From an uncultured Clostridiaceae bacterium (GTDB lineage Bacteria; Bacillota; Clostridia; TANB77; CAG-508), in the NCBI GenBank assembly GCA_958402495.1, contig CATXTS010000002.1, forward strand, positions 1 through 50,520: DNA of 50,520 nt, given 5' to 3'. The position numbers were made by a program, and so were the translations under genes. Position 1 is the first letter of the stretch. Every line of letters begins with the position of its first letter. Below the pieces are notes generated by a model, which saw nothing but the letters and a program-made list of their open reading frames with translations, made no database searches and was not told the DNA's origin. This document shows, one piece after another, positions 34,783 to 44,686 of this stretch.

Positions 34783-34981
34783 TATAAAAATTTAATTTAT
34801 AAGAAAGTTGATAAAGTACAAGTTATTTAAATTATTATCAAATAGAAGCTATATCATTGGAGCTTTATGAAAAGTAACTTGACTAGAAATTTTGTAAAAA
34901 TCTCTTTAAATAAAAGCTTTTTGAAGACAATTAACTATTTTATATATAAAAATGATACAAAATAGTCAAAAATATAAAAAT

Positions 34982-35009
34982 AAAAAAGTAGCTAAATAGC
35001 TACTTTTTT
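34982..35009. terminator. Bidirectional hairpin downstream of tRNA-Arg(UCU)
   Basis: Perfect 10-bp stem: AAAAGTAGCT-AAAT-AGCTACTTTT. Confidence 0.6.
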
Positions 35010-35010
35010 A

Positions 35011-35087
35011 TGGTGATCCAGGAGGGATTCGAACCCCCGACCCACGGATTAGAAATCCGTTGCTCTATCCAACTGAGCTACTGAACC
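35011..35087 (-). tRNA. tRNA-Arg (anticodon UCU)
   Basis: Reverse complement: GGTTCAG TA GCTC AGTTGGATA GAGC A ACGGA TTTCTAA TCCGT GGGTC GGGGG TTCGAAT CCCTC CTGGATC A CCA. Confidence 0.9.
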
Positions 35088-35272
35088 AGTTCATGCATGA
35101 AGTATAATAACATGCTTTTAAGAAAATGTCAATAAAAGTATGAAAAAAATTCAAAACTTTACGAAAAAATTTCAAAAACTTTATATCTAAAACAATGAAA
35201 AATAGAAAATAAAAAGAAGACTAGATAAAAATTTAAAAATAGTATACAATGTAAAAACGAAATGGAGGAACT

Positions 35273-36013
35273 ATGGAAAAAGTAATGGAAATAAAAGAAA
35301 GACCTAAAATAAAAATAAGTATGTGGATATGGTACTTTTTTATCTTTAGTATAATAGGATTACTAACGGAAACCATCTATGGTTATGTAACAACCGGTAT
35401 TTTAGAAAGCAGGCAAGGTTTGATATGGGGACCCTTTTGTCCAATTTATGGCATTGGTGCTACTATATTTATTATTGCTTTAGCACGATATAAAAAACAT
35501 CCTATAAAATTATTTATAGCAGGTGCCTTATTAGGAGCAGTTGTAGAATATATATTAAGTTATGCTCTAGAAGCGGTATATGGAAATCGTTTTTGGGATT
35601 ATACTTATACCAACTTCCATATCAATGGCAGAATTTGTGTAACCTACAGCTTCTTTTGGGGTATTTTAGCAGTGGTATTAATAAAATGGGTACAGCCATG
35701 GATGGATAAAATGATTGAGAAAATAAAACCATCTATAAATTTAGGAATAGAAATAGGCATCTGTATATTTATTATTATAGATGCAATAGCAACTGTATGG
35801 GCGGTACAGACATATACCAATAGAGCCTATAGAGCGTATGCACAACAAAAAGGATTACAAGCAGAGATAGTAGAGTGGATGAAACCAATAGAAGAGATGG
35901 GAGAAAAATGGTTTCCGAATGATTTAATGGCAAAGACTTTTCCAAATATTAGAATATATGACGAAAACAAAAATCAAATGTGGGCAAGAGAAGTACTAAG
36001 TGAGGCTAATTAG
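35273..36013 (+). CDS. Polytopic membrane protein (putative ABC-transporter type IV / PF06541-like)
   Basis: 246 aa, at least 5 TM segments, WGPFCPIYGIGA motif. RBS GGAGGAA. Confidence 0.65.
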   Translation: MEKVMEIKERPKIKISMWIWYFFIFSIIGLLTETIYGYVTTGILESRQGLIWGPFCPIYGIGATIFIIALARYKKHPIKLFIAGALLGAVVEYILSYALEAVYGNRFWDYTYTNFHINGRICVTYSFFWGILAVVLIKWVQPWMDKMIEKIKPSINLGIEIGICIFIIIDAIATVWAVQTYTNRAYRAYAQQKGLQAEIVEWMKPIEEMGEKWFPNDLMAKTFPNIRIYDENKNQMWAREVLSEAN

Positions 36014-36093
36014 CCTCATTTTTTTCTGCATAATCCGAATAAATTTACAAAAGAATGTTTCCATGTTATAATAAAATAATAAAGGAGAAAGAA

Positions 36094-37923
36094 ATGGGTT
36101 TTAAAGAGTTTTTTAAGAGAATAAGAAATAAAGATAGAGGAAAATTAGAAAAACAAGCTTTAGATGAAGAAAACCAAATAGATTGGATGACTTTTGAAGC
36201 CTCCTATCATAAAGAGATTGAAGAGGCAAAAGCAAAAATAGCAAAGATTCAAGAAGCACCACAAGAAGATATAGAAAAATTAAATGTATTAATAAATAAT
36301 TTTGAAAAAAGTGTAATTAATATACAGTCCAATGTAACAATATCTTATCAGACAGAACCAGAATTATCCTTACCAAAGGAAAGTATAGAGTCTCAATATG
36401 CTAAATTTATTTTACAATTCAACGAACTTTTTGCTATTGCAGAGCAAAAGCATTTCAGAAAAGTAACAGAGAAATTTAGTAAAAGATTAGAAAAAAGTTT
36501 ATTTCCTGAAAAACTAGAACGAAAAATGATGGCAATAGCATTAGATGATGAAATTATAGAAGAATTAGAAAAGTATGAGGAATTATTAGAAAAAAGAAAA
36601 GAAGATTTAACAGGAAATGCATTAGGCGAATATATGAAGCAAATGGAAGAAATCGAATACAGATTAAGTCTAATCAAAGGAATTAGTCAAAAAAGCAAAG
36701 GAAAAGAGCAAACACAGAAAATAGAGATTCCAAAGCAAGCACAAGAAATTTATGTAAGACTTTTTATGAAAGATATAGTAGAACTAGAAGATAAGCTAAA
36801 AAGGTTGCAAGCAGAATGCGAAGAAATGCAACTATCTATGGAATTATTGCAACCATTACAAGAGACAATAGAAGATTTAAAAGTAAAAAAACATGTAAAT
36901 AGTATAGAAGATAATAATGCGGACATTGTAAAAGATGAAATGTTATGGGAATATATGATTAATGCCTTTTATAATATGCAAAAAACTATTTTAACAATGG
37001 AAAAATACCAGAAACAAAAGCAAGATTTTGTAAGACTAAATGCGCTAACGCAAGAAGAGGTAAGAAAATATATAAAAGAATTGGATGATAGAAAATTCGA
37101 TGTTACAACTAGTTATAAAGATATTCGAAACTTTGAAGACCAACTTTTGCAGGCAAAAGGTCTAGTAAATGATAAGAATTTAATGAGGACAGAAGATATA
37201 GAAACGGTTAGAATTAGAAAAAACGAATGGTATCGAATCAGAAAAAATGCAGAAGAAAAAGGAATTCATTATAGCATTTATCCAGAAGTAGATGAAAATC
37301 AACAAGCAGATAGTTATGTATCTGTATCTAAAAAAGAAGCAGACGACTTATTAAAAGATATTCCATTACCAAAAGATTTAATACAACTAGGTCAAACAGC
37401 CATAGAAGGAATTTATACAAAAGAATTAATCCAATATATATTGGATACAAAACCGAAGTTACAGGAGGATATTTGTGTTCAACCAATAAAACAAGAGGAA
37501 GACGAAGAAGAAAAATATATACTTTACGTACGTGAGGGTGGAAAAAAGCAAGGAAAGAAAGTAAGAGAAAAAATAGAAGAAGCTATAAAAGAATTAGAAC
37601 AACAAGAATTACTAGACGACTATAAATTTTATATAGAATTTTCTTATTTAGTACCAATGACTAATATTATAAAAGTGCTACAAAGAAATCACATAGAATA
37701 TTATATTCCACCATTAGATGAGCAAACAAAAAAACAAGAAAATCATGTGAAGATATATATAGATAGAGAATTTTTAAAACCATATGAAAAAAAAGTAAAA
37801 GAACAATTAAGTCAAGTAGAAGAAGCACCTATTTTAACGAAAGCAAAGAAAATTGACCTAAGAGATTGGATTCTAGAAGGTAGTAGAGTACAGTTTTTAG
37901 AAAAGAAAGAAAAACAAAAATAA
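36094..37923 (+). CDS. Large Glu/Lys-rich coiled-coil protein, function unknown
   Basis: Long ORF. Start set at the ATG after AAAGGAGAAAGAA. Composition is strongly charged and helical throughout. Confidence 0.65.
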   Translation: MGFKEFFKRIRNKDRGKLEKQALDEENQIDWMTFEASYHKEIEEAKAKIAKIQEAPQEDIEKLNVLINNFEKSVINIQSNVTISYQTEPELSLPKESIESQYAKFILQFNELFAIAEQKHFRKVTEKFSKRLEKSLFPEKLERKMMAIALDDEIIEELEKYEELLEKRKEDLTGNALGEYMKQMEEIEYRLSLIKGISQKSKGKEQTQKIEIPKQAQEIYVRLFMKDIVELEDKLKRLQAECEEMQLSMELLQPLQETIEDLKVKKHVNSIEDNNADIVKDEMLWEYMINAFYNMQKTILTMEKYQKQKQDFVRLNALTQEEVRKYIKELDDRKFDVTTSYKDIRNFEDQLLQAKGLVNDKNLMRTEDIETVRIRKNEWYRIRKNAEEKGIHYSIYPEVDENQQADSYVSVSKKEADDLLKDIPLPKDLIQLGQTAIEGIYTKELIQYILDTKPKLQEDICVQPIKQEEDEEEKYILYVREGGKKQGKKVREKIEEAIKELEQQELLDDYKFYIEFSYLVPMTNIIKVLQRNHIEYYIPPLDEQTKKQENHVKIYIDREFLKPYEKKVKEQLSQVEEAPILTKAKKIDLRDWILEGSRVQFLEKKEKQK

Positions 37924-37965
37924 TAAAAGAAAGATAGAAAAATAAAACATAGCAAAAGCTATGTT

Positions 37966-38256
37966 TTATTTTGGTAAGACAATCTTACTATCTTTTTTAC
38001 GAGGTCTATATAAAGTAATTTTATTACCAACCGTTTGTACAACCATAGAGTCTGTTTTGGAAGCTAATTCTTCTGCTAAATTACGAACACTATCTGGTGC
38101 CGTTTCTAAAACAGAAATTTTAATTAATTCTCGTGCTTCTAAAACATCTGAAATTTGTGCTACAAAGATATCTGTAATACCTGCTTTCCCAATTTGAAAA
38201 ATAGCTTCCAAATGATTAGCAAGACCTCTCAAATAAGCACGTTGTTTACTAGTCAT
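37966..38256 (-). CDS. yhbY: YhbY-like CRM-domain RNA-binding protein (ribosome assembly)
   Basis: 96 aa. MTSKQRAYLRGLANHLEAIFQIGKAGITD... is the canonical YhbY N-terminus. Confidence 0.85.
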   Translation of the reverse strand: MTSKQRAYLRGLANHLEAIFQIGKAGITDIFVAQISDVLEARELIKISVLETAPDSVRNLAEELASKTDSMVVQTVGNKITLYRPRKKDSKIVLPK

Positions 38257-38307
38257 ATTTTTAATTCCTTTCCATTTTAAAATAAAGACAATTCTATTTT
38301 AACATAT

Positions 38308-39441
38308 TTAAAGATTTTCTCCAAGAGCTAAATGACAAATTGTTTTAGTAGCCTCTTTTTTGGCAATACGCATAGCAAATTCATGCATATCTTGTAAGGT
38401 TTGTTCATTGGTTATCAAACTAGATAAAACCGTAGTAGGATTATCATTAGGTTTTAACCAAATAGCAGCACCTGATTTTTCTAAAAAAGTAGCATTTTCT
38501 TCTTCTTGACCAGGAAGTGGATTGATAATTAGCATAGGTAATCCACATGCTAAACTTTCACTAGAAGTCAGTCCTCCAGGTTTCGTAATTACTAAATCAG
38601 AAATAGACATAAGCTCAGGAACTTGCGTAGTATAGGAAAGCACTTTTATACTATCTTCTTTATGATATTCAGAAACCACTTGTAAAAAGGCTTCTTTCAT
38701 TTTTTCATTTTTACCAGCAATAGCAATTACTTGAATATCAGAAAAAGAAGAAGCTAATGCTTGTAAAATAGCAACGGTTTTTTCTTTCCCTAAACCAAAT
38801 TCACCACCACCAAAAAAGAGAATGGTCTTCTTTAGTGGATTTAATGAAAACTCTTTGCATAAGCTAACACGGTCAAATTGCTCAGAAAAACATTTGGAAA
38901 TAGGAATTCCTGTAACATGAATTTTTGAGCTAGCAACACCTTGTTTTACCATTTCTTCTTTCATATCTGTATTAGAAACAAAGAAATAATCAACAAAAGC
39001 ATGCCCCACTAACCACTGCTCATGAGAAGCAAAATCCGTCATCACCGTAGCTAAAGTACAATGGGTTCTTTGTTTTTTCTTTAAATAACTAGTCATTTGC
39101 GAACCAAAAGGATGAGTAGAAATAACCACATCAGGCTCAAAAGCTTTAAATAATTTAGCAATTTTAATAGCCATAATCTTATTAGAAGTACTACTTACCT
39201 TAGCTAGCATACCATGGCTAGATTTGTCATATACTTTTTCCCATGCCCAAGGAGCTTTCTTAGCCATTTGTCTATAGGCAGCAGTCGTAACAGAATTTAA
39301 AGCTTTATTAATATATTCTACACAATCTATCATTTCAATTTCTAAATTGGTATAGTGCTCTTCTAAATATTGTTTTATGGACTTAGCAGCCGATAAATGA
39401 CCACCACCATAAGTCGCGTAAAAAATTAAAATCTTTTTCAT
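38308..39441 (-). CDS. GT28-family glycosyltransferase (MGDG synthase / UgtP-like diacylglycerol glycosyltransferase)
   Basis: MKKILIFYATYGGGH N-terminus and a MurG-like C-terminal half (KPGGLTSSESLACGLPMLI). Start at ATG 39441 after GGGGGA. Confidence 0.8.
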   Translation of the reverse strand: MKKILIFYATYGGGHLSAAKSIKQYLEEHYTNLEIEMIDCVEYINKALNSVTTAAYRQMAKKAPWAWEKVYDKSSHGMLAKVSSTSNKIMAIKIAKLFKAFEPDVVISTHPFGSQMTSYLKKKQRTHCTLATVMTDFASHEQWLVGHAFVDYFFVSNTDMKEEMVKQGVASSKIHVTGIPISKCFSEQFDRVSLCKEFSLNPLKKTILFFGGGEFGLGKEKTVAILQALASSFSDIQVIAIAGKNEKMKEAFLQVVSEYHKEDSIKVLSYTTQVPELMSISDLVITKPGGLTSSESLACGLPMLIINPLPGQEEENATFLEKSGAAIWLKPNDNPTTVLSSLITNEQTLQDMHEFAMRIAKKEATKTICHLALGENL

Positions 39442-39607
39442 AAAATCCCCCAATTTCTCTCTTGAGAAAATATATTGATTGCGCTTATTTTATCATAAAA
39501 TTTAACAAAATTCAAAAAATTAAGAAAATAATCATAAAAAGAGAATAAAAATTTGAAAAAAATACAAAATACAAGTAAAGCTTATCAAATAGCAAAGGAG
39601 GATTATT

Positions 39608-40090
39608 TTGAAAAAATTAGTAAAAACCAGTATTATTTTTTCGTGTATAGGCATTAGCATAGTTATGCTTCTACTAGCATTTCAAGCTTTTTCAAAACAA
39701 AGCAGTGTAAAAGCTGCATCAAAATCAAATTCTAGTTCAGATTTACAACTAATGGCAAGAGCTATTAACGGAGAAGCAAGAGGAGAACCTTATGAAGGAC
39801 AAGTAGCAGTAGGTGCCGTTATCTTAAATAGAGTAAAAAGTTCACAGTTCCCCAATACAATAGCAGGCGTCATTTATCAATCTGGAGCTTTTACAGCAGT
39901 GGCAGATGGACAAATTAATGTACCCATAAAAGAAGGCTCGACTGTCTTAAAAGCAGCACAAGACGCTTTAAGTGGTTGGGATCCATCAGGAGGAGCCATC
40001 TATTACTTTAATCCATCAACGGCAACAAATAAATGGATATGGTCTAGGCCATTAATTAAAACCATAGGAAAACATAGATTTTGTAAATAA
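39608..40090 (+). CDS. sleB: Spore cortex-lytic cell wall hydrolase SleB (catalytic domain)
   Basis: Signal/TM segment, then ARAINGEARGEPYEGQVAVGAVILNRV (Hydrolase_2 family). Followed by ypeB. Confidence 0.85.
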   Translation: MKKLVKTSIIFSCIGISIVMLLLAFQAFSKQSSVKAASKSNSSSDLQLMARAINGEARGEPYEGQVAVGAVILNRVKSSQFPNTIAGVIYQSGAFTAVADGQINVPIKEGSTVLKAAQDALSGWDPSGGAIYYFNPSTATNKWIWSRPLIKTIGKHRFCK

Positions 40091-40133
40091 AATATAAAAG
40101 TCCAAAAAGAATTTGGAAAAGGAGATTTAAAAA

Positions 40134-41543
40134 ATGGGAAAAATAAAAGAAAAGGTATATGATTGGAAAAATCGATTAAAGGATAGGCATATGCTTACTT
40201 TAGTGGTTACACTAGTAGCCGTAATAGCTATTATGGGAATCTATGTCTATAAAAGAGAAAGAGATTATAGACAAGTATCAGAAAATAACTATAATATGGC
40301 ATTTTTTGAACTAGTCGATTACGTACAAAATGTAGAGACCTATTTAGCAAAGTCATTAATTTCTAGTACACCTGAACATGGAGCAGAAACGCTAACACAT
40401 GTCTGGAGAGAAGCAAACTTAGCACAAAGTTATCTAACTAGACTACCAATTGGTTCAGAAGAATTAGCCAATACCTCTAGATTTTTAAACCAAGTAAGTG
40501 ATTATAGTTTTAGTCTTTCCAGAAAAAACATCTATAATGAATCTTTAACAGAAGAAGATTTTAATAATTTAAAAGAACTACACGACTATAGTGTAGAATT
40601 AGAAAACACATTAAATCAATTATCCGCAGATATGAATGATGGTAGAATTAAATGGGGAGAATTAACGAGTAAAGGAAGTAGTGTATTTGCAACACAAGTT
40701 AGCAATATTTCCAAAGATAGCTTTAGTAATCTAGAAGAAAACTTCCATGAATATGCAGGTTTAATCTATGATGGTGCTTTCTCAGAGCATTTAACTTCAA
40801 CAAACAGAAAAGGACTTACAGGAGAAAATATTGAAGAAGAACAAGCTAAGCAAATTGCTATTCAATTTATAGGACAAGACAAAATAAAAGAAATTACCTC
40901 TAATGGAATTTCAGAAAATACGAATATGCCATCTTATGACTTTAGTGTAAAAATAAATGGAGACCAAGATAAGGAAAATAATGCAACCATTTCTATTACA
41001 CAAAAAGGTGGACATGTGGTCTTTATGAACTATAATCGAGAAGTAGATGCCGAAACCATATCACAAGAAAGAGCAGATGAAATTGGAAAAAATTTCTTAG
41101 CACAAAAAGAATTTCCCAATATGAAAGAAACCTATTATTTAAAACAAGATGGTATCGTAACCATTAATTATGCTTCTTACCAAGATTCATCAAATGGACA
41201 AGTAACCATGTATCCCGATTTAATAAAGTTAAAAATAGCATTAGACAATGGCGAAATTTTAGGAATTGAAACAAGCGGCTATTTAAATAACCATGAACAA
41301 AGAAGCTTGCCAGAGGTAGCCATTACAAAGGAACAAGCTAAACAAAATTTAAATAAAAATTTAGAAATTGGAAGTGAAGCATTAGCGGTTATTCCTACAC
41401 AGTTCCAAACAGAAATCTTATGTTGGGAATTCAAAGGAAAAGTAGATGGAACAGAATTTTTAGTATATATTAATGCCCAAACAGGAAAAGAAGAAGATAT
41501 TTTAGTAATCAAAAATACACCAAATGGAACCTTAACTATGTAA
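40134..41543 (+). CDS. ypeB: Germination protein YpeB (PepSY domains)
   Basis: 469 aa with an N-terminal TM segment. The position after sleB and the C-terminal PepSY-like repeats support the call. Confidence 0.82.
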   Translation: MGKIKEKVYDWKNRLKDRHMLTLVVTLVAVIAIMGIYVYKRERDYRQVSENNYNMAFFELVDYVQNVETYLAKSLISSTPEHGAETLTHVWREANLAQSYLTRLPIGSEELANTSRFLNQVSDYSFSLSRKNIYNESLTEEDFNNLKELHDYSVELENTLNQLSADMNDGRIKWGELTSKGSSVFATQVSNISKDSFSNLEENFHEYAGLIYDGAFSEHLTSTNRKGLTGENIEEEQAKQIAIQFIGQDKIKEITSNGISENTNMPSYDFSVKINGDQDKENNATISITQKGGHVVFMNYNREVDAETISQERADEIGKNFLAQKEFPNMKETYYLKQDGIVTINYASYQDSSNGQVTMYPDLIKLKIALDNGEILGIETSGYLNNHEQRSLPEVAITKEQAKQNLNKNLEIGSEALAVIPTQFQTEILCWEFKGKVDGTEFLVYINAQTGKEEDILVIKNTPNGTLTM

Positions 41544-41695
41544 TAAAGAAAAAATAAACAAACAAGGAGGAACCTTCCAACATAGATTTCGAATTTTTAG
41601 CCATAATAGTAGTAGAAAAACAAAATCAATTTATGAGATGTTAAAATAAAAACATCAAAATAAAAGAAAAGGTTTTTCGCTAGGAGGTAAATACT

Positions 41696-41872
41696 ATGTC
41701 TTCAAATAAGCATAATATTATGTCTGAAAATCTAAAAGAAGAAATCGCCAAAGAATTAGGCGTATATGAAACCGTAAAACAAGACGGTGGATGGGGAAAT
41801 GTCTCTTCAAAAACTTGTGGCAATATCGTATCAAAAGCAATAGAAATCGCCAATAGAAGTGTAGAAAAATAG
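41696..41872 (+). CDS. Alpha/beta-type small acid-soluble spore protein
   Basis: Below the ORF-track cutoff. Hand translation: MSSNKHNIMSENLKEEIAKELGVYETVKQDGGWGNVSSKTCGNIVSKAIEIANRSVEK, with the two conserved SASP blocks. RBS TAGGAGG. Confidence 0.85.
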   Translation: MSSNKHNIMSENLKEEIAKELGVYETVKQDGGWGNVSSKTCGNIVSKAIEIANRSVEK

Positions 41873-41903
41873 TTAAATTAGAATAATAAAAAAGCAAGTA
41901 AGC

Positions 41904-41940
41904 AAAAGTAATGTAAAATCTTTACATTACTTTTGTTTTT
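41904..41940 (+). terminator. Intrinsic terminator after the SASP gene
   Basis: Perfect 14-bp stem: AAAAGTAATGTAAA-ATC-TTTACATTACTTTT, followed by GTTTTT. Confidence 0.75.
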
Positions 41941-42062
41941 ACTACAAAATAACAAAATATCCAGATTTGCAAAAAAAGAAAATATCGCATATAATCTTAA
42001 AAAATAAAATAGGTATATATTTTATAAAAGAAACATATAAGTAAGCAAACGGAGGAAATCAT

Positions 42063-43481
42063 ATGACATCTCAAACCAACAAACAATTAACTGTAAAATC
42101 TATTTTAGAAGTAACCAAAGGAAAATTAATAGTAGGGCAAGAAGAAAGCATTTGCGAAAATTTCTCAAAAGATACCAGACAACTTCAAAAAGGAGACATT
42201 TATCTGGGCATCAAAGGAGAAACCATGAATGGTAGTATCTTTTGGAAACAAGCACTAGAAAAAGGTGCCAAAGGAGTTATTATACAGGACGTAGAAATAA
42301 CCAAGGAAGAAATACAAAATTATCCAGAAGCTTTTATCCTACAAGTAAAAGATGTCGTTCTTGCGATGGGACAAATAGCCAGTCTAAAAAGAAGCTTATA
42401 CCATATACCGGTTATTGCTATTACAGGTAGTGTGGGAAAGACGAGTACAAAAGATATCGTTGCTAATGTAATAGCACAAAAGTATAAAACATTAAAAACA
42501 CAAGGAAATTATAATAACCAAATAGGTCTACCCCTAACCATATTGGGATTAAAACAAGAAGAAGCCTTAGTGGTAGAAATGGGAATGAACCATTTTGGAG
42601 AAATTCGTTATTTAACAAACATAGCTAGACCTAATGTAGTAGCCATTACCAACATAGGAACAGCCCATATCGGTATATTAGGTTCTAGAGAAAACATTTT
42701 AAAAGCAAAATTAGAAATATTAGAAGGTATGCAAGAAGGTGGAACAGTCGTTATAAATAATGATAATGACTTATTACATGAATGGTATGAAAACAATAAA
42801 GAACAATATCATATTGTAACATATGGTATAAAAGAAACCAGTGATTATATGGCAACCAAAATCATAGCAGAGGAAGAAAGAAGTACATATCAACTACATA
42901 CAAAGATGCAACAATCACAAGAAATAGTAGTACCCGTTGGTGGAAATCATTTTGTACAAAATAGTTTATGTGCCATTGCTATAGGAGAATGTTTTCATAT
43001 TCCTATAGAAGCTATAAAAGAAGGGATATCTAAATTTGAACTAACTAAAAAAAGAATGGATATCAGTAAAATAGAAAAGAATATAACCATTATCAATGAT
43101 TGTTATAATGCCAATTTAGATTCTATGAAAGCAGCTATCGATTATTTGGGAAATTTACAGGGAAAAAGAAGAATCGCCGTATTAGGAGATATGTTAGAAT
43201 TAGGAGAATTCTCTGAAGCACTACATAGAGAAGTAGGAAAAGAAATTGCTAAAGAACAGATTGATAAGCTTATTTTAGTAGGAAAAGAAGCAATTTACAT
43301 AGGCAAACAAGCAAAACAAGAAGGTATGGAACAAGAAAATATTATACTTTGTCAAACAAATGAAGAAGCGGCACAAATCATTAATCAAATGAAAAAAGAA
43401 AACGATGTCATTTTATTAAAAGCATCCAATGGTATGCACTTCGAAGAAATTATCCACAAGATAACCACAAAATGTGTATAA
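42063..43481 (+). CDS. murF: UDP-N-acetylmuramoyl-tripeptide--D-alanyl-D-alanine ligase
   Basis: 472 aa. Mur ligase P-loop ITGSVGKTSTKD. Located upstream of ddl. Confidence 0.9.
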   Translation: MTSQTNKQLTVKSILEVTKGKLIVGQEESICENFSKDTRQLQKGDIYLGIKGETMNGSIFWKQALEKGAKGVIIQDVEITKEEIQNYPEAFILQVKDVVLAMGQIASLKRSLYHIPVIAITGSVGKTSTKDIVANVIAQKYKTLKTQGNYNNQIGLPLTILGLKQEEALVVEMGMNHFGEIRYLTNIARPNVVAITNIGTAHIGILGSRENILKAKLEILEGMQEGGTVVINNDNDLLHEWYENNKEQYHIVTYGIKETSDYMATKIIAEEERSTYQLHTKMQQSQEIVVPVGGNHFVQNSLCAIAIGECFHIPIEAIKEGISKFELTKKRMDISKIEKNITIINDCYNANLDSMKAAIDYLGNLQGKRRIAVLGDMLELGEFSEALHREVGKEIAKEQIDKLILVGKEAIYIGKQAKQEGMEQENIILCQTNEEAAQIINQMKKENDVILLKASNGMHFEEIIHKITTKCV

Positions 43482-43517
43482 CAGATTCAATTTTTGAAAG
43501 AAGTGAGGACAAAAAAT

Positions 43518-44570
43518 ATGAAAAAAATAAAATTAGCTGTCATATTTGGAGGAATGTCTACAGAACATGAAGTATCTATTGTATCTGGCATTTCCGTTTT
43601 AAAAAATTTAAATAAAGAGAAATATGAAATTTTTCCTACATACATAGACAAAGAAGGCACTTGGTATACCTATAATGAACCAATTGAACAGATAAAAGAA
43701 AAACAAGTAGGCGATAGTATTGAAAATATAGAACCAATCAAAGACGTCATGACCTATTTAAAACAAATGGATTGTTTATTTCCAGTATTACATGGATTAT
43801 ATGGAGAAGATGGCACCATACAAGGGCTGTTTGAGTTACTAAAAATACCTTATGTAGGTTGCAGAGTATTAGCTTCTAGTGTGGCTATGGATAAAGTCTA
43901 TACGAAAATTATTTTTGAAAAAGCAGGGTTAAAACAAGCACCTTATGTATATATCAGAGCCTACAAAGAACACTATGCCTTCATAAATGAAAATTTCTGC
44001 GAAGAAAAAAAGAGTATAGATGAAATCATACAGATAGTAGAAGAAAAAATAAACTACCCTATATTTGTAAAACCTTCAAACTCTGGTTCTTCAGTCGGCA
44101 TAAAAAAAGCAAAAAATAAAGAAGAACTAAAAGAAGCCATTATTTATGCAGCACAATATGATGATAAAATTTTAATAGAACAAGGAATTAATGCAAGAGA
44201 AGTAGAATGTGCAGTACTGGGAAATGAAGAGGTAAAAGCATCTTGCGTAGGAGAAATCTTATCAGCCGAAGAATTTTATAGTTTCGATTCTAAATATAAA
44301 AACACACAATCTCTTACCGTTATACCAGCAGATTTACCAAATAAAATAAGTGAAGAAATTAGAAAACAAGCTATAAAAGCATTTAAGGCAATAGATGGAA
44401 AAGGACTATCTAGAGTAGACTTCTTCGTAGAAAAAACAACCAATCAAATCATCATTAATGAAATTAATACATTGCCAGGGTTTACCAATATCAGCATGTA
44501 TCCAAAACTATTTGAAGCATCTGGTATCAGTTATTCAAAGTTATTAGATTCTCTAATAGAACTAGCTTAA
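43518..44570 (+). CDS. ddl: D-alanine--D-alanine ligase
   Basis: KIKLAVIFGGMSTEHEVSIVSG N-terminus and the ATP-grasp C-terminus (EINTLPGFT). Start at the ATG after GTGAGGA. Confidence 0.9.
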   Translation: MKKIKLAVIFGGMSTEHEVSIVSGISVLKNLNKEKYEIFPTYIDKEGTWYTYNEPIEQIKEKQVGDSIENIEPIKDVMTYLKQMDCLFPVLHGLYGEDGTIQGLFELLKIPYVGCRVLASSVAMDKVYTKIIFEKAGLKQAPYVYIRAYKEHYAFINENFCEEKKSIDEIIQIVEEKINYPIFVKPSNSGSSVGIKKAKNKEELKEAIIYAAQYDDKILIEQGINAREVECAVLGNEEVKASCVGEILSAEEFYSFDSKYKNTQSLTVIPADLPNKISEEIRKQAIKAFKAIDGKGLSRVDFFVEKTTNQIIINEINTLPGFTNISMYPKLFEASGISYSKLLDSLIELA

Positions 44571-44571
44571 T

Positions 44572-44612
44572 GCCAAAAGGGACGTTCCTTTTTGGCAATT
44601 TCTTTTTCTTTA
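44572..44612 (+). terminator. Imperfect hairpin plus T-rich tract after ddl
   Basis: GCCAAAAGGGACGTTCCTTTTTGGC, followed by AATTTCTTTTTC. Confidence 0.4.
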
Positions 44613-44686
44613 AATCTGAAAAAAACCTTTAATTCTAAAAATAAGTATGATATAATAAGCACACCATGAACTTGGGAGGATGTCAA

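Noticed and set aside
36094-37923. The 609-aa Glu/Lys-rich protein, considered as a repeat-containing surface or novel structural protein.
   Set aside because: I could see only compositional bias of the coiled-coil type, with no discrete tandem repeats, signal peptide or domain motif. The evidence is insufficient for any specific claim.
39608-41872. The sleB-ypeB-SASP cluster, considered as noteworthy.
   Set aside because: This is the canonical sporulation and germination gene arrangement in endospore formers. It is useful only for taxonomic context.
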